From assembly GCA_022646745.1 (NCBI GenBank), contig CP060262.1, positions 1,020,001-1,052,000 on the forward strand: DNA of 32,000 bases. Reading direction: 5' to 3'. Of this stretch, positions 1-7,708 are shown piece after piece. The notes beneath the pieces are model-generated. The model worked only from the letters and a program-made list of their open reading frames with translations. It was not told the origin of the DNA and did not search any database. How positions within the stretch are numbered: the first letter of the stretch is position 1; each line of letters begins with the position of its first letter. The translations under genes and the position numbers were made by a program. This DNA comes from Planctomycetales bacterium (lineage in GTDB: Bacteria; 4484-113; JAFGCY01).

Positions 1-1799
1 ATCACGGAGCCGCACTTGTCACAGCTGTGCTCGGTCTCCTGCGGCTTGGCCTTGAAGTACTTCTTCTCCTCGCCTGCCGCGTCCACCTTGCTCTTGAAGG
101 GCTGGTAGAAATTGCCAAGCACGTTGCGCCAGTCCATCTTGCCATCCTCGACCTCGTCGAGCTTGCCCTCCATGTCGCGGGTGAAGCCGACGTCGACGAT
201 CTCGGGGAAGTAGTGCTCCATCATCTCCGTTGTCACGAAGCCCCACTCGGTGGGCTGGAACTGCTTCTGCACCCGGACGACGTAGTTGCGGAAGATGATC
301 GTGTCGATGATCGAGGCGTAGGTGGACGGGCGGCCGATGCCGTACTCCTCCATCGCCTTGATCAGTGAGGCGTCGGTGTAGCGCGGCGGCGGCTTAGTGA
401 AGTGCTGCGTCGGGCGCAGTTCCTCGAGGCTGACACCCTCGCTGGCTGACAGCGGCGGCAGCTCAGGCTGCTCGCTCTCATTGCGGGCGTCGCCATAGAC
501 CTCGAGGAAGCCCTTGAACAGGGTGTTCGTGCTGGACAGGCGGAAGGTGTACTGCCCGCCGGTGATTTCGATTGAATGCGTCTCGAACTCCGCCGGCTTC
601 ATCTGGCTGGCGATGAAGCGCTGCCAGATCAGGCGGTAGAGCCGCATCTGGTCCTCATTGAGGAAGCGCGCGAGCATCTCCGGGGCACGCTCGGCGCTGG
701 TCGGGCGGATCGCCTCGTGGGCGTCCTGCGCATCCTTCTTGCTCTTGTAGTAGTTGGCCTTCTCCGGCAGGTGGGCCTGGCCGAAGCGGTTCAAGATCAG
801 TGCGCGGGCGTCGTCAATCGCCGCCGGGTTGACACGCACGGAGTCGGTTCGCATGTAGGTGATCAGGCCCTCGGGGCCGCTGCCGAGGTCGATTCCCTCG
901 TACAGCTGCTGCGCGATGCGCATGCTGCGCTTACCACTCCAGCCGAAGCGCCGGGCGGCATCCTGCTGCAGGGTGCTCGTGATGAAGGGCGGGGCCGGGC
1001 GGCGGGTGTGCTTGCGGCTCGAGATGTCGGAGACGGCGTAGCTCTGGGAGTTGGCATCGGCCACGAGCCTGTCCGCCTCCTCCTGGTTGCGGATGATCAC
1101 GCTGCGGCCGGTGTCCGCTCCGTTCTCCTCCTCACGGCGGTGCTCCTCGCTCGGGCGGCTGATGCGCTGGTCGCCGATGCGCACCAGGGCGGCCGTGAAG
1201 TTGTCAGAACCGCGGGAGAAGTCGGCTTCGAAATTCCAGTACTCCTCGCGGTTGAAGCTGCGGATCTCCTCCTCGCGCTCGCAGATCAGTCGCACCGCCA
1301 CGCTCTGCACGCGGCCGGCGGAGAGCCCGGGCTTGATCTTGCGCCACATCAGCGGGCTGATCTGGTAGCCGACCAGGCGGTCCAGCACGCGGCGCGCCTG
1401 GTAGGCGTCCACCAGCGAGGCGTTGATGTCGTGCGGGTTCTTCAGCGCCTCGAGCACGGCCTTCTTGGTGACTTCCTGGTACTCGACGCGCTTGACCGGC
1501 TTCTTCAGGATCTGCGCGACATGCCAGGCGATCGCCTCACCCTCGCGGTCGGGGTCGGTTGCCAGGTAGATCTCGTCGGCGTCCTTGATCGCGTCCTTGA
1601 GCGCCTTGATGGTCTTGGCCTTGCCGCGGATGTTCTGGTACTCCGGCTCGAAGTTCTTGTCAACGTCGACACCGAGGCTGCTCTTGGGCAGGTCCCGGAT
1701 GTGCCCGACGGTTGAAACCACCTTGAACTCCTTGCCAAGGTAGCGCGCGATTGTCTTGGCCTTGGTGGGCGACTCGACGATCAGTGCTTTATGTCCCAT
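1..1799 (-). CDS. topA: DNA topoisomerase I (N-terminal ~599 codons; C-terminus lies beyond the left window edge)
   Basis: Minus-strand ORF with ATG at 1799-1797 and no stop before position 1, so it is absent from the ORF track. Translation starts MGHKALIVESPTKAKTIARYLGKEFKVVSTVGHIRDLPK (Toprim start). It contains GLITYMRTDSVRV (type IA active-site Tyr region) and reaches ...YFKAKPQETEHSCDKCGSV (first Zn-finger) at the window edge. Confidence 0.93.
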   Translation of the reverse strand, partial: MGHKALIVESPTKAKTIARYLGKEFKVVSTVGHIRDLPKSSLGVDVDKNFEPEYQNIRGKAKTIKALKDAIKDADEIYLATDPDREGEAIAWHVAQILKKPVKRVEYQEVTKKAVLEALKNPHDINASLVDAYQARRVLDRLVGYQISPLMWRKIKPGLSAGRVQSVAVRLICEREEEIRSFNREEYWNFEADFSRGSDNFTAALVRIGDQRISRPSEEHRREEENGADTGRSVIIRNQEEADRLVADANSQSYAVSDISSRKHTRRPAPPFITSTLQQDAARRFGWSGKRSMRIAQQLYEGIDLGSGPEGLITYMRTDSVRVNPAAIDDARALILNRFGQAHLPEKANYYKSKKDAQDAHEAIRPTSAERAPEMLARFLNEDQMRLYRLIWQRFIASQMKPAEFETHSIEITGGQYTFRLSSTNTLFKGFLEVYGDARNESEQPELPPLSASEGVSLEELRPTQHFTKPPPRYTDASLIKAMEEYGIGRPSTYASIIDTIIFRNYVVRVQKQFQPTEWGFVTTEMMEHYFPEIVDVGFTRDMEGKLDEVEDGKMDWRNVLGNFYQPFKSKVDAAGEEKKYFKAKPQETEHSCDKCGSV

Positions 1800-1860
1800 A
1801 TATGCCTACTGCCTGATAGTGGAATTCACTGCCTATATATAAGGTGTCCGCTGAATTATT

Positions 1861-3024
1861 TCAAAGGCGGACATAATATCCGCCGCTGGCCGAGGAGATT
1901 AAACCCCTGATCTCCAGCATCGTCAAGAGGCTGGAGCATTGCGCCGTGTTCATCCCGAGCCGGCGCACGACCTCGTTGATGTGCGTTCCCTCATAGCTCA
2001 ACAGCTCAAGGACCCGCTGTTCATCGGGCTCCAGCGCACCGGAGGCAGCCGCCGCCGGCACTTCGCGGTCCCCATCCGGAACCTGCGCGGGCTCCACAAT
2101 AGCACCTGTGCGCCGGCGGGAGCGTGCGGCCTGTTCCATCAGTGCGCTGCGGTTGGTGCCGAATTCGACGAGGATGTCGTCCAGCGTTTCAGTCAATTTG
2201 GCATGCCCGCTTTTGATCAGGTGGTGGTTGCCGGCCACATAGGGACTGAGCGCCGGGCCGGGCATGGCGAAGATCTCCCGGCCCTGGTCGGCGGCGATCC
2301 GTGCGGTGATCAGTGCACCGCTGCCCATCGGGGCCTCGATCACCAGCGTGCCGCGCGACAGGCCGCTGATGATGCGGTTGCGCTGCGGGAAGTGCGTGCG
2401 GTGCGGCTCGGTGCCCGGCGGGTACTCACTGACGAGCAGGCCCTCATGCGCCAGCCTGTTGAACAGTTCGTGGTGGCGTGGCGGGTAGCAGACATCGACC
2501 CCGCAGCCCAGCACGGCGACAGTCGGCCCATGCACACTGAGCGCACCTTCATGCGACTGCCCGTCCACCCCGAGCGCCAGCCCGCTGACAACCGGCAGGC
2601 CGCATTCTCCGAGTTCCACGCCGAAGTTCCAGGCATGCCTGAGTGCCCGCTCGCTGCACTTGCGGCTGCCGACGACGGCGATGCCCTCACCTTCGAGGAT
2701 CTCCAGCCGGCCACGGCAGAACAGCATCACCGGGGCATCGCTGCAGTCCGCCAGCAGTTCCGGGTAGCCCGGCTCAGTGATTGCCAGCAGGTGGATCCCG
2801 CGCTCGCGCATCGCAGCCATGTCCGCCGCAGTGTCACAGCCGCGGCGCGCTTCAATCACGCGCTGCAGGATCCCGGCCGGCATCGGCAGGCGCTGCATTT
2901 CCTCATCCGACAGGTCAAGCAGCGCTGACAGTTCCCCCAGGCAGGACTGCAGTTCCAGAAGTTGGGCCCGGGTCACATTACGGGCCAGCGCAAGCAGGTA
3001 TGTTGCCTCTGTATTTCTTGTCAT
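1861..3024 (-). CDS. dprA: DNA processing/protecting protein DprA (Smf)
   Basis: 387-aa ORF with the DprA Rossmann-like core GIAVVGSRKCSERALRHAWNFGVELGECGLPVVSGLALGVDGQSHEGAL...HFPQRNRIISGLSRGTLVIEAPMGSGALITARIAADQGREIFAMPGP. A C-terminal winged-helix-like tail is present. It lies directly upstream of topA on the same strand, a common synteny. Confidence 0.9.
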   Translation of the reverse strand: MTRNTEATYLLALARNVTRAQLLELQSCLGELSALLDLSDEEMQRLPMPAGILQRVIEARRGCDTAADMAAMRERGIHLLAITEPGYPELLADCSDAPVMLFCRGRLEILEGEGIAVVGSRKCSERALRHAWNFGVELGECGLPVVSGLALGVDGQSHEGALSVHGPTVAVLGCGVDVCYPPRHHELFNRLAHEGLLVSEYPPGTEPHRTHFPQRNRIISGLSRGTLVIEAPMGSGALITARIAADQGREIFAMPGPALSPYVAGNHHLIKSGHAKLTETLDDILVEFGTNRSALMEQAARSRRRTGAIVEPAQVPDGDREVPAAAASGALEPDEQRVLELLSYEGTHINEVVRRLGMNTAQCSSLLTMLEIRGLISSASGGYYVRL

Positions 3025-3452
3025 GTTTATATATTATCCGATACTTATAGACAAATGTAAAGTAGTTTGCAGATAAGCCGATGAATCTCTGGGTGCAGGG
3101 TGTTCCCTCGAAGTGTTTCCTCAGATTGGACTGCTTGTGTGTATTTCACAATCCGGCTAATCGGGGACAATAAATATGAACAGGGACCCGTGTTCCTGGA
3201 GCTAATTACCAGTGGGAAGCATAAGCGAGATGATTTCCCGGAGTCAGGCTGTGTATTTTGGAACGGTACCGCTGCCTGAGGAAGGATTGAAACAAGCAAG
3301 TGTTCCCCCCTCCCGGCTGTAAAGAGATTTCAGCCATTTCGCCTGGATAGATCCATTTGGGAAGGGCTGGGCCTGGCCTACCCGGTGGATTTGTCCGGGC
3401 GTCCTTTTTTTCTGCGACGCTTCCCCACTTTGCAATTGCTGCGCCGCGGCCT

Positions 3453-3461
3453 TAGAATCAG
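3453..3461 (+). promoter_or_regulatory. TAGAATCAG motif, candidate promoter (TTGCAA-17-TAGAAT) of the 3487 lipoprotein gene
   Basis: ttgcaa at 3430-3435, a 17-nt spacer, then tagaat at 3453-3458. The GTG start at 3487 is 29 nt downstream. Confidence 0.4.
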
Positions 3462-3486
3462 GTGGGTACCCCTGGTGGAGATAGGC

Positions 3487-5544
3487 GTGGCACGATTCCT
3501 CTTCAACTTCTGCATCCTGCTGCTGGCCGCTGCAATGCTGGCGGCCTGCTCCGGCGAACATGCGCGTCCGGCCAGTGGACAAGAGGCGCAGCCGGGTGAC
3601 GGCAAGCCACCTGTCAGCCTACCGCCGCTGGAAACGCTCGACTCGCTGGGGGATGCAGTCCGCAGCATCAGTTCCTCAAAGCTTGAACTGCTCGGCACGG
3701 CCGCGATTCTCCAGACTGACAACGGAGTGGCGCAGCTGCCGGGCTTCCTCAACCTCGATATTTCCGGTGGAGCACCGGTCTGGGCGATGTTCTCGGCGGC
3801 AGGACTGGAACCCGGCGGTGAAGTGGTGCCGAGCGGGCTGCTGACGGTGTTCAACAAGCCGGTGTACGTAGCGCTGGCGGATTTTGGCAGCGGACGCTGG
3901 CAGTGGACGCGGCGCGCTTCGATCGGCACATTGCCAATCACGGACGGCGGAAACTTCGTCTCGCCCTCCGGCAAGGTGTACGTGGTGGTGCTGGCCTGGG
4001 AGCAGAGCAGCGACCTGAGTGCGCTGGAGCTGCAGTTCTCCGGCGAGGTGCCGGCCTCCCCGCAGCCCCAGCTGCACGTCCCCGACAGCATCGTCGCAGG
4101 TTACGAGCTGGAGTATGACGCAACGGGCAGCACGGCCGGCAGCGGCGCGCTGGTCACCGGCGTGAGCTACGACTTCGGCGACTCCACTGGCACCACCCTG
4201 GCACTGAGTCCAGACGACAAGGTGACCCATGTCTACGAGATGCCCGGCACTTACACCGTCGGCGTACGGATTGACAACGACCTCGGTTACAGCGGTTACG
4301 CCTCTCAGCAGGTTGAGGTGACTGCCGGTGTGACGGAACTGCTGGTGGTCTGCAATTCGCTCAAGCCCGACAGCCAGGAACTGGCCGATTACTACATGTC
4401 ACCGGTGACCGGACGCGGGATTGCCATCGGCAACCGCCTGGAACTGCCGATTGATGATGCTGACATCCCGGAGATTGACCGCCAGCAGTACGAAAGCGAG
4501 ATCCGCGACCCGATCAAGGAATTCATTGATGCCAATGGCATCAAGGCCAGCCTGAAGTACATCCTGCTGATGGACGGCCTGCCGCACCAGATCCCAGGTG
4601 TGAACGGCGGCGACTACAACCAGAGCACCTTCAGCTCCGTTGACAGCGAGCTGTGCACCCTGTTCTCGGATGACACATATGCCTATGCCAGCTTCCTGTG
4701 GAATGAGGAACAGTGGCAGGATTTCGGCCTGCTGGCACCGGACTTCGCCAGCTTCTACATCGGGATGAGGGACCTCGACACGGACTACTCATTCAGCCAC
4801 GGGCAGTACAAGGTAACGGACAGCGGTGGCACGAAGTACGACCTGGACTACCTCGTCGGCCGGCTGGATGCCTACGACCTGGCGGATGCCAAGGCGCTGG
4901 TGGACCGCTCGAAGGCTGCAGACACCTCAGGCAACGGCTGGGTGGTGTATGACACCACACCGGCGCGTTTCCCGCTGGATACGATGTCAGACCCGGTCTG
5001 GCCCTTCACCGAGGACGGTGACGCACTGTCCGGGGACGAGTGGCTGACTGCCGCTGCATACAATCACTTCATTGACCTGAGCACCACCCGCATCATCGGC
5101 CAGGAAAGTGACGGCATGCCCGCCGGCAGCGTTGACAACGTGATTGCCTACGCCGGCTGGGGCGTGAACCATTCGGGGGGCAGCTATCCCAGCGGCAATC
5201 TCTACATCCTCGATGACCTGCTGTTCACATACCTGCCGGGCTGCGCCTGGATCAGCTATGAAAGCTTCAACGGCACGGACTTCGACAGCGCCACCGTGGA
5301 TGGCGACCGCTCTGACATCAACCGCAAGGGCCAGGGCCAGATCTGCGACTTCCTGCACAGGGGCGGCAGCGTTGCCATCGGGCATGTCTATGAGCCCTGG
5401 ACGATCGCCGTCGGTGACGAGCGCGCGGTGTTCTACCGCTACTGCGTGAAGGGTGACAACTGGATCGAATCCGCTTACAAGGGCCTTCGCTGCCTGAGCT
5501 GGATGGACGTCGTCGTCGGCGACCCGCTGTGCCAGGTGAAGTAG
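3487..5544 (+). CDS. Lipoprotein: array-type N-terminal domain, PKD-like segment and TIGR03790-like C-terminal domain
   Basis: The track ORF is 3385..5544. I prefer the in-frame GTG at 3487, which has GGAG at 3476-3479. It gives (M)ARFLFNFCILLLAAAMLAAC with a lipobox L-A-A-C. The PKD-like motif is VSYDFGDSTG...THVYEMPGTYTVGVRIDN. The C-terminal ~400 aa begins LLVVCNSLKPDSQELADYY and ends GHVYEPW...VVVGDPLCQVK. From memory this resembles the uncharacterised TIGR03790 family; not verified. Confidence 0.75.
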   Translation: MARFLFNFCILLLAAAMLAACSGEHARPASGQEAQPGDGKPPVSLPPLETLDSLGDAVRSISSSKLELLGTAAILQTDNGVAQLPGFLNLDISGGAPVWAMFSAAGLEPGGEVVPSGLLTVFNKPVYVALADFGSGRWQWTRRASIGTLPITDGGNFVSPSGKVYVVVLAWEQSSDLSALELQFSGEVPASPQPQLHVPDSIVAGYELEYDATGSTAGSGALVTGVSYDFGDSTGTTLALSPDDKVTHVYEMPGTYTVGVRIDNDLGYSGYASQQVEVTAGVTELLVVCNSLKPDSQELADYYMSPVTGRGIAIGNRLELPIDDADIPEIDRQQYESEIRDPIKEFIDANGIKASLKYILLMDGLPHQIPGVNGGDYNQSTFSSVDSELCTLFSDDTYAYASFLWNEEQWQDFGLLAPDFASFYIGMRDLDTDYSFSHGQYKVTDSGGTKYDLDYLVGRLDAYDLADAKALVDRSKAADTSGNGWVVYDTTPARFPLDTMSDPVWPFTEDGDALSGDEWLTAAAYNHFIDLSTTRIIGQESDGMPAGSVDNVIAYAGWGVNHSGGSYPSGNLYILDDLLFTYLPGCAWISYESFNGTDFDSATVDGDRSDINRKGQGQICDFLHRGGSVAIGHVYEPWTIAVGDERAVFYRYCVKGDNWIESAYKGLRCLSWMDVVVGDPLCQVK

Positions 5545-5548
5545 GGAG

Positions 5549-5601
5549 GCCAGGCTGTTAGCCTGGCGAACGGGGAACTGGAGGTGCGACTTCAGTCGCA
5601 C
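5549..5601. terminator. Two hairpins between convergent genes (candidate terminator region, no clear U-tract)
   Basis: Hairpin 1 is gccaggc (5549-5555), loop tgtta, gcctggc (5561-5567). Hairpin 2 is gtgcgac (5584-5590), loop ttca, gtcgcac (5595-5601). The region lies between the stop at 5544 (+) and the stop at 5652 (-). Confidence 0.3.
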
Positions 5602-5651
5602 AACTGGTTTCCGCTTGGCAGCGGGCCCCCATCGCCTGACTTGCGTTAGGC

Positions 5652-6266
5652 CTACATTGAGCCGATCGCCGCGATCTGTGCACGCGCCTTTTCGATTTCA
5701 GCCTTGGCAATGTCTTCGCCGGCAAGCGTCGGCTGCACCACGATGTGCTGCTGGTCAACAATCCCCATGAACTGGAAGATCTTTTCGATGTAGGGCAGCT
5801 GGAAGTCCCATTCGCCCTGCACGGGATCGGCATAGCTGCTGCCGCGCGCCGCCACCACATACAACTTCTTGCCGTTCAGCAGGCCGAGCGGGCCCTGCTC
5901 GTTGTAGGTGAAGGCCACCCAGACCCGCATCACATGGTCGATCCAGTTCTTGAGCGTGGCTGGGATCGCGAAGTTGATCATCGCCGCCGCCAGCACCACA
6001 ATGTCCGCCTGTTGCAGCTCGCCAAGCACCCGGTCGCTCAGTTCGAGCGCCTGGCGCTGCTCCGGGCTGCGCTGCTCCTCTGGCGTGAGCGTGCCGCTGG
6101 CAAACTCCGCCGTCACATGCGGCAGCGGGTCGGCCGCCAGGTCACGGACGTGTACCTGCGCATCCGGATGCAGTTCCCGCAGCCGTGCCACGAGTTCATC
6201 CGCCAGCATGCTGGAGTACGATGCGCTGCCACGCGGGCTGCTCTTCAGTAACAGGATCCTGGTCAA
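5652..6266 (-). CDS. azoR: FMN-dependent NADH-azoreductase / flavodoxin-like quinone reductase
   Basis: 204 aa. The N-terminus (M)TRILLLKSSPRGSASYSSMLADELVARLRELHPDAQVHVRDLAADPLPHV is the typical AzoR FMN-binding start. The start is TTG at 6266, preceded by GAGGTGG. Confidence 0.85.
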   Translation of the reverse strand: MTRILLLKSSPRGSASYSSMLADELVARLRELHPDAQVHVRDLAADPLPHVTAEFASGTLTPEEQRSPEQRQALELSDRVLGELQQADIVVLAAAMINFAIPATLKNWIDHVMRVWVAFTYNEQGPLGLLNGKKLYVVAARGSSYADPVQGEWDFQLPYIEKIFQFMGIVDQQHIVVQPTLAGEDIAKAEIEKARAQIAAIGSM

Positions 6267-6430
6267 ACCGCCACCTCTTTCAACTTGATTCGTGCCGCAG
6301 GCCCCGGCCCGGCGCAGAGTCTACTATGTTCCGTCCGTTGCCAGAATTAGCCAGCCCTGAATATGCCGATCGGAACAAGCTGGCTGCCAACTGGCCGAAG
6401 CGAGCCCTGAACGCCGCCTTGCCGGACAGA

Positions 6431-7054
6431 TCAGGCGCCGACCACAGCCCTGCCGAGCTGCATGATCCGCTCGCGGGCCTCTCCGAGGTTCTTCTCGGCG
6501 ATTTCCGCCGGGGCCAGCATGCCCTGTGCGCAGACCACCTCCGGCTCCTGCAGGCCGATGAAGCTGAAGATCTGCTTCAGGTAGCTCAGCTGGAATTCCC
6601 AGGCCTGGCGCTCCGGGCCATAGGCACCGCCGCTGGCCAGCACGAGGTACAGCTGCCGGCCGCCTAACTGGCCGACCGGTCCGTCAGCGGTGTACTGCAC
6701 GGTCCGCCCGACGCGCACCACATGGTCCAGCCAGGCCTTGAGCGTGCTCGGGATGCTGAAGTTGATCATGCCGGAACTGACCACAATGTGGTCCGCCCAT
6801 TCCAGCTCATCGATCAGCTCATCGCCGTAGCCGACCAGCTGCGACTCCTGCTCGCTGCGCTGGTCCGCAGGCTTGAAAACGCCTCCGATGTAATCCGGCG
6901 TGATGTGCGGCACCGGCTGGCTGGCCAGGTCCCGCACCTTCACGACCGCGCCGGGATGCTGCTCCTGCAGCTGTTGCACCAGCTCCTCACCGAGTTGGCT
7001 GGAAACCGAGGCACCGCCCCGCGGACTGCTCTTGATAAGAAGGATATTTGTCAT
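6431..7054 (-). CDS. azoR: FMN-dependent NADH-azoreductase paralog
   Basis: The track ORF is 6431..7123. I prefer the internal ATG at 7054 (MTNILLIKSSPRGGASVSSQLGEELVQQLQEQHPGAVVKVRDLASQPVPHI), preceded by GGGAGA. It has the same fold signature as the neighbouring gene. Confidence 0.8.
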   Translation of the reverse strand: MTNILLIKSSPRGGASVSSQLGEELVQQLQEQHPGAVVKVRDLASQPVPHITPDYIGGVFKPADQRSEQESQLVGYGDELIDELEWADHIVVSSGMINFSIPSTLKAWLDHVVRVGRTVQYTADGPVGQLGGRQLYLVLASGGAYGPERQAWEFQLSYLKQIFSFIGLQEPEVVCAQGMLAPAEIAEKNLGEARERIMQLGRAVVGA

Positions 7055-7140
7055 TGCTTTCTCCCGTTTTGCTTGCTGCTCAATCTGATGCAGCGCTCGC
7101 TGCACCGGGAGTAATATCCCCATAAGCAGTTACTATTTTA

Positions 7141-7166
7141 TACTTAGTCGTAAATAAGTACTAAGT
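7141..7166. promoter_or_regulatory. Nested palindromes in the azoR/hxlR divergent promoter (candidate HxlR operator)
   Basis: tactta (7141-7146) pairs with taagta (7155-7160). acttagt (7142-7148) pairs with actaagt (7160-7166). The site sits in the AT-rich 7055-7210 divergent intergenic region. Confidence 0.3.
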
Positions 7167-7210
7167 TTCTGTGGACAACTGATGGTAGTCTTATGGAGGA
7201 GGTGTCACGA

Positions 7211-7612
7211 ATGTCATCAGGCCACAGTGTTGAATCCCCCAGCTGCAAGGCACTGGGCGAGGTGCTGGCGCGCATCGGTGACAAGTGGACGATCTTCGTG
7301 GTGCGCGCCCTGACCGACCGGCCGCTGCGCTTCAATGAGCTCAAGCGCCGTGTGGACGGGATCAGCCAGCGGATGTTGACCCGCACCCTGCGCTCACTGG
7401 AGCGCGACGGCTTCGTGACCCGCACGGTGCACCCGAGTGTGCCGCCCAGCGTGGAGTACGCCCTGACCGAAAGCGGCTACTCCCTGCGCTGCCCGCTGGA
7501 CCAGCTGGCGATCTGGGCCACGGAGCACATGCCAGGCATCCTCGCGGCACGTGAGGCCTTCGATGCGGATAACCAGTACGGCAGCGACGAGGATTGCAGC
7601 GGGGACGAATAG
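7211..7612 (+). CDS. HxlR-family winged-helix transcriptional regulator
   Basis: CKALGEVLARIGDKWTIFVVRALTDRPLRFNELKRRVDGISQRMLTRTLRSLERDGFVTRTVHPSVPPSVEYALTESG is the canonical HxlR domain. The track ORF starts at 7193. I prefer ATG 7211 because GGAGGAGGTG (7196-7205) lies just upstream. The gene is divergent from azoR. Confidence 0.85.
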   Translation: MSSGHSVESPSCKALGEVLARIGDKWTIFVVRALTDRPLRFNELKRRVDGISQRMLTRTLRSLERDGFVTRTVHPSVPPSVEYALTESGYSLRCPLDQLAIWATEHMPGILAAREAFDADNQYGSDEDCSGDE

Positions 7613-7708
7613 GCAATCCCGGCCGCAAAGTGTTTCCCCGGATAGCGCGGATAGTGACCGCCTGGATTGATTGTGCCGCTCCCCCCGTTCAGGTAGGATG
7701 GATAGGCA

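Noticed and set aside
576-1715. Long plus-strand ORF (379 aa) and similar long ORFs opposite real genes. Examples are 1939..2928 +, 3378..4091 -, 4987..5601 -, 8006..8722 -, 17886..19088 +, 20198..21592 +, 24816..25418 + and 29636..30952 -.
   Set aside because: These are shadow ORFs typical of high-GC DNA. They are Arg/Ala/Gly/Leu/His-rich, lack recognisable motifs, and each lies fully antisense to an ORF with a clear family signature (topA, dprA, lipoproteins, flhB).
3385-3486. Longest-ORF N-terminal extensions. These are 3385 for the 3487 gene, 7123 for azoR2, 7193 for hxlR, 10467 for sigma, 14076 for A1, 16856 for A2 and 30593 for the FG-GAP gene.
   Set aside because: The downstream starts have better Shine-Dalgarno spacing and give canonical N-termini (signal peptides, AzoR MTNILLIKSSPRG). 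The extensions are Arg/Pro-rich with non-coding-like composition. They are kept as alternatives only.
5569-5579. Shared 11-mer gaacggggaac after two plus-strand stops (5569-5579 and 27067-27077) as a REP family
   Set aside because: Many chance 11-mer matches are expected among all position pairs in a 32-kb GC-biased window, and the flanks do not align.
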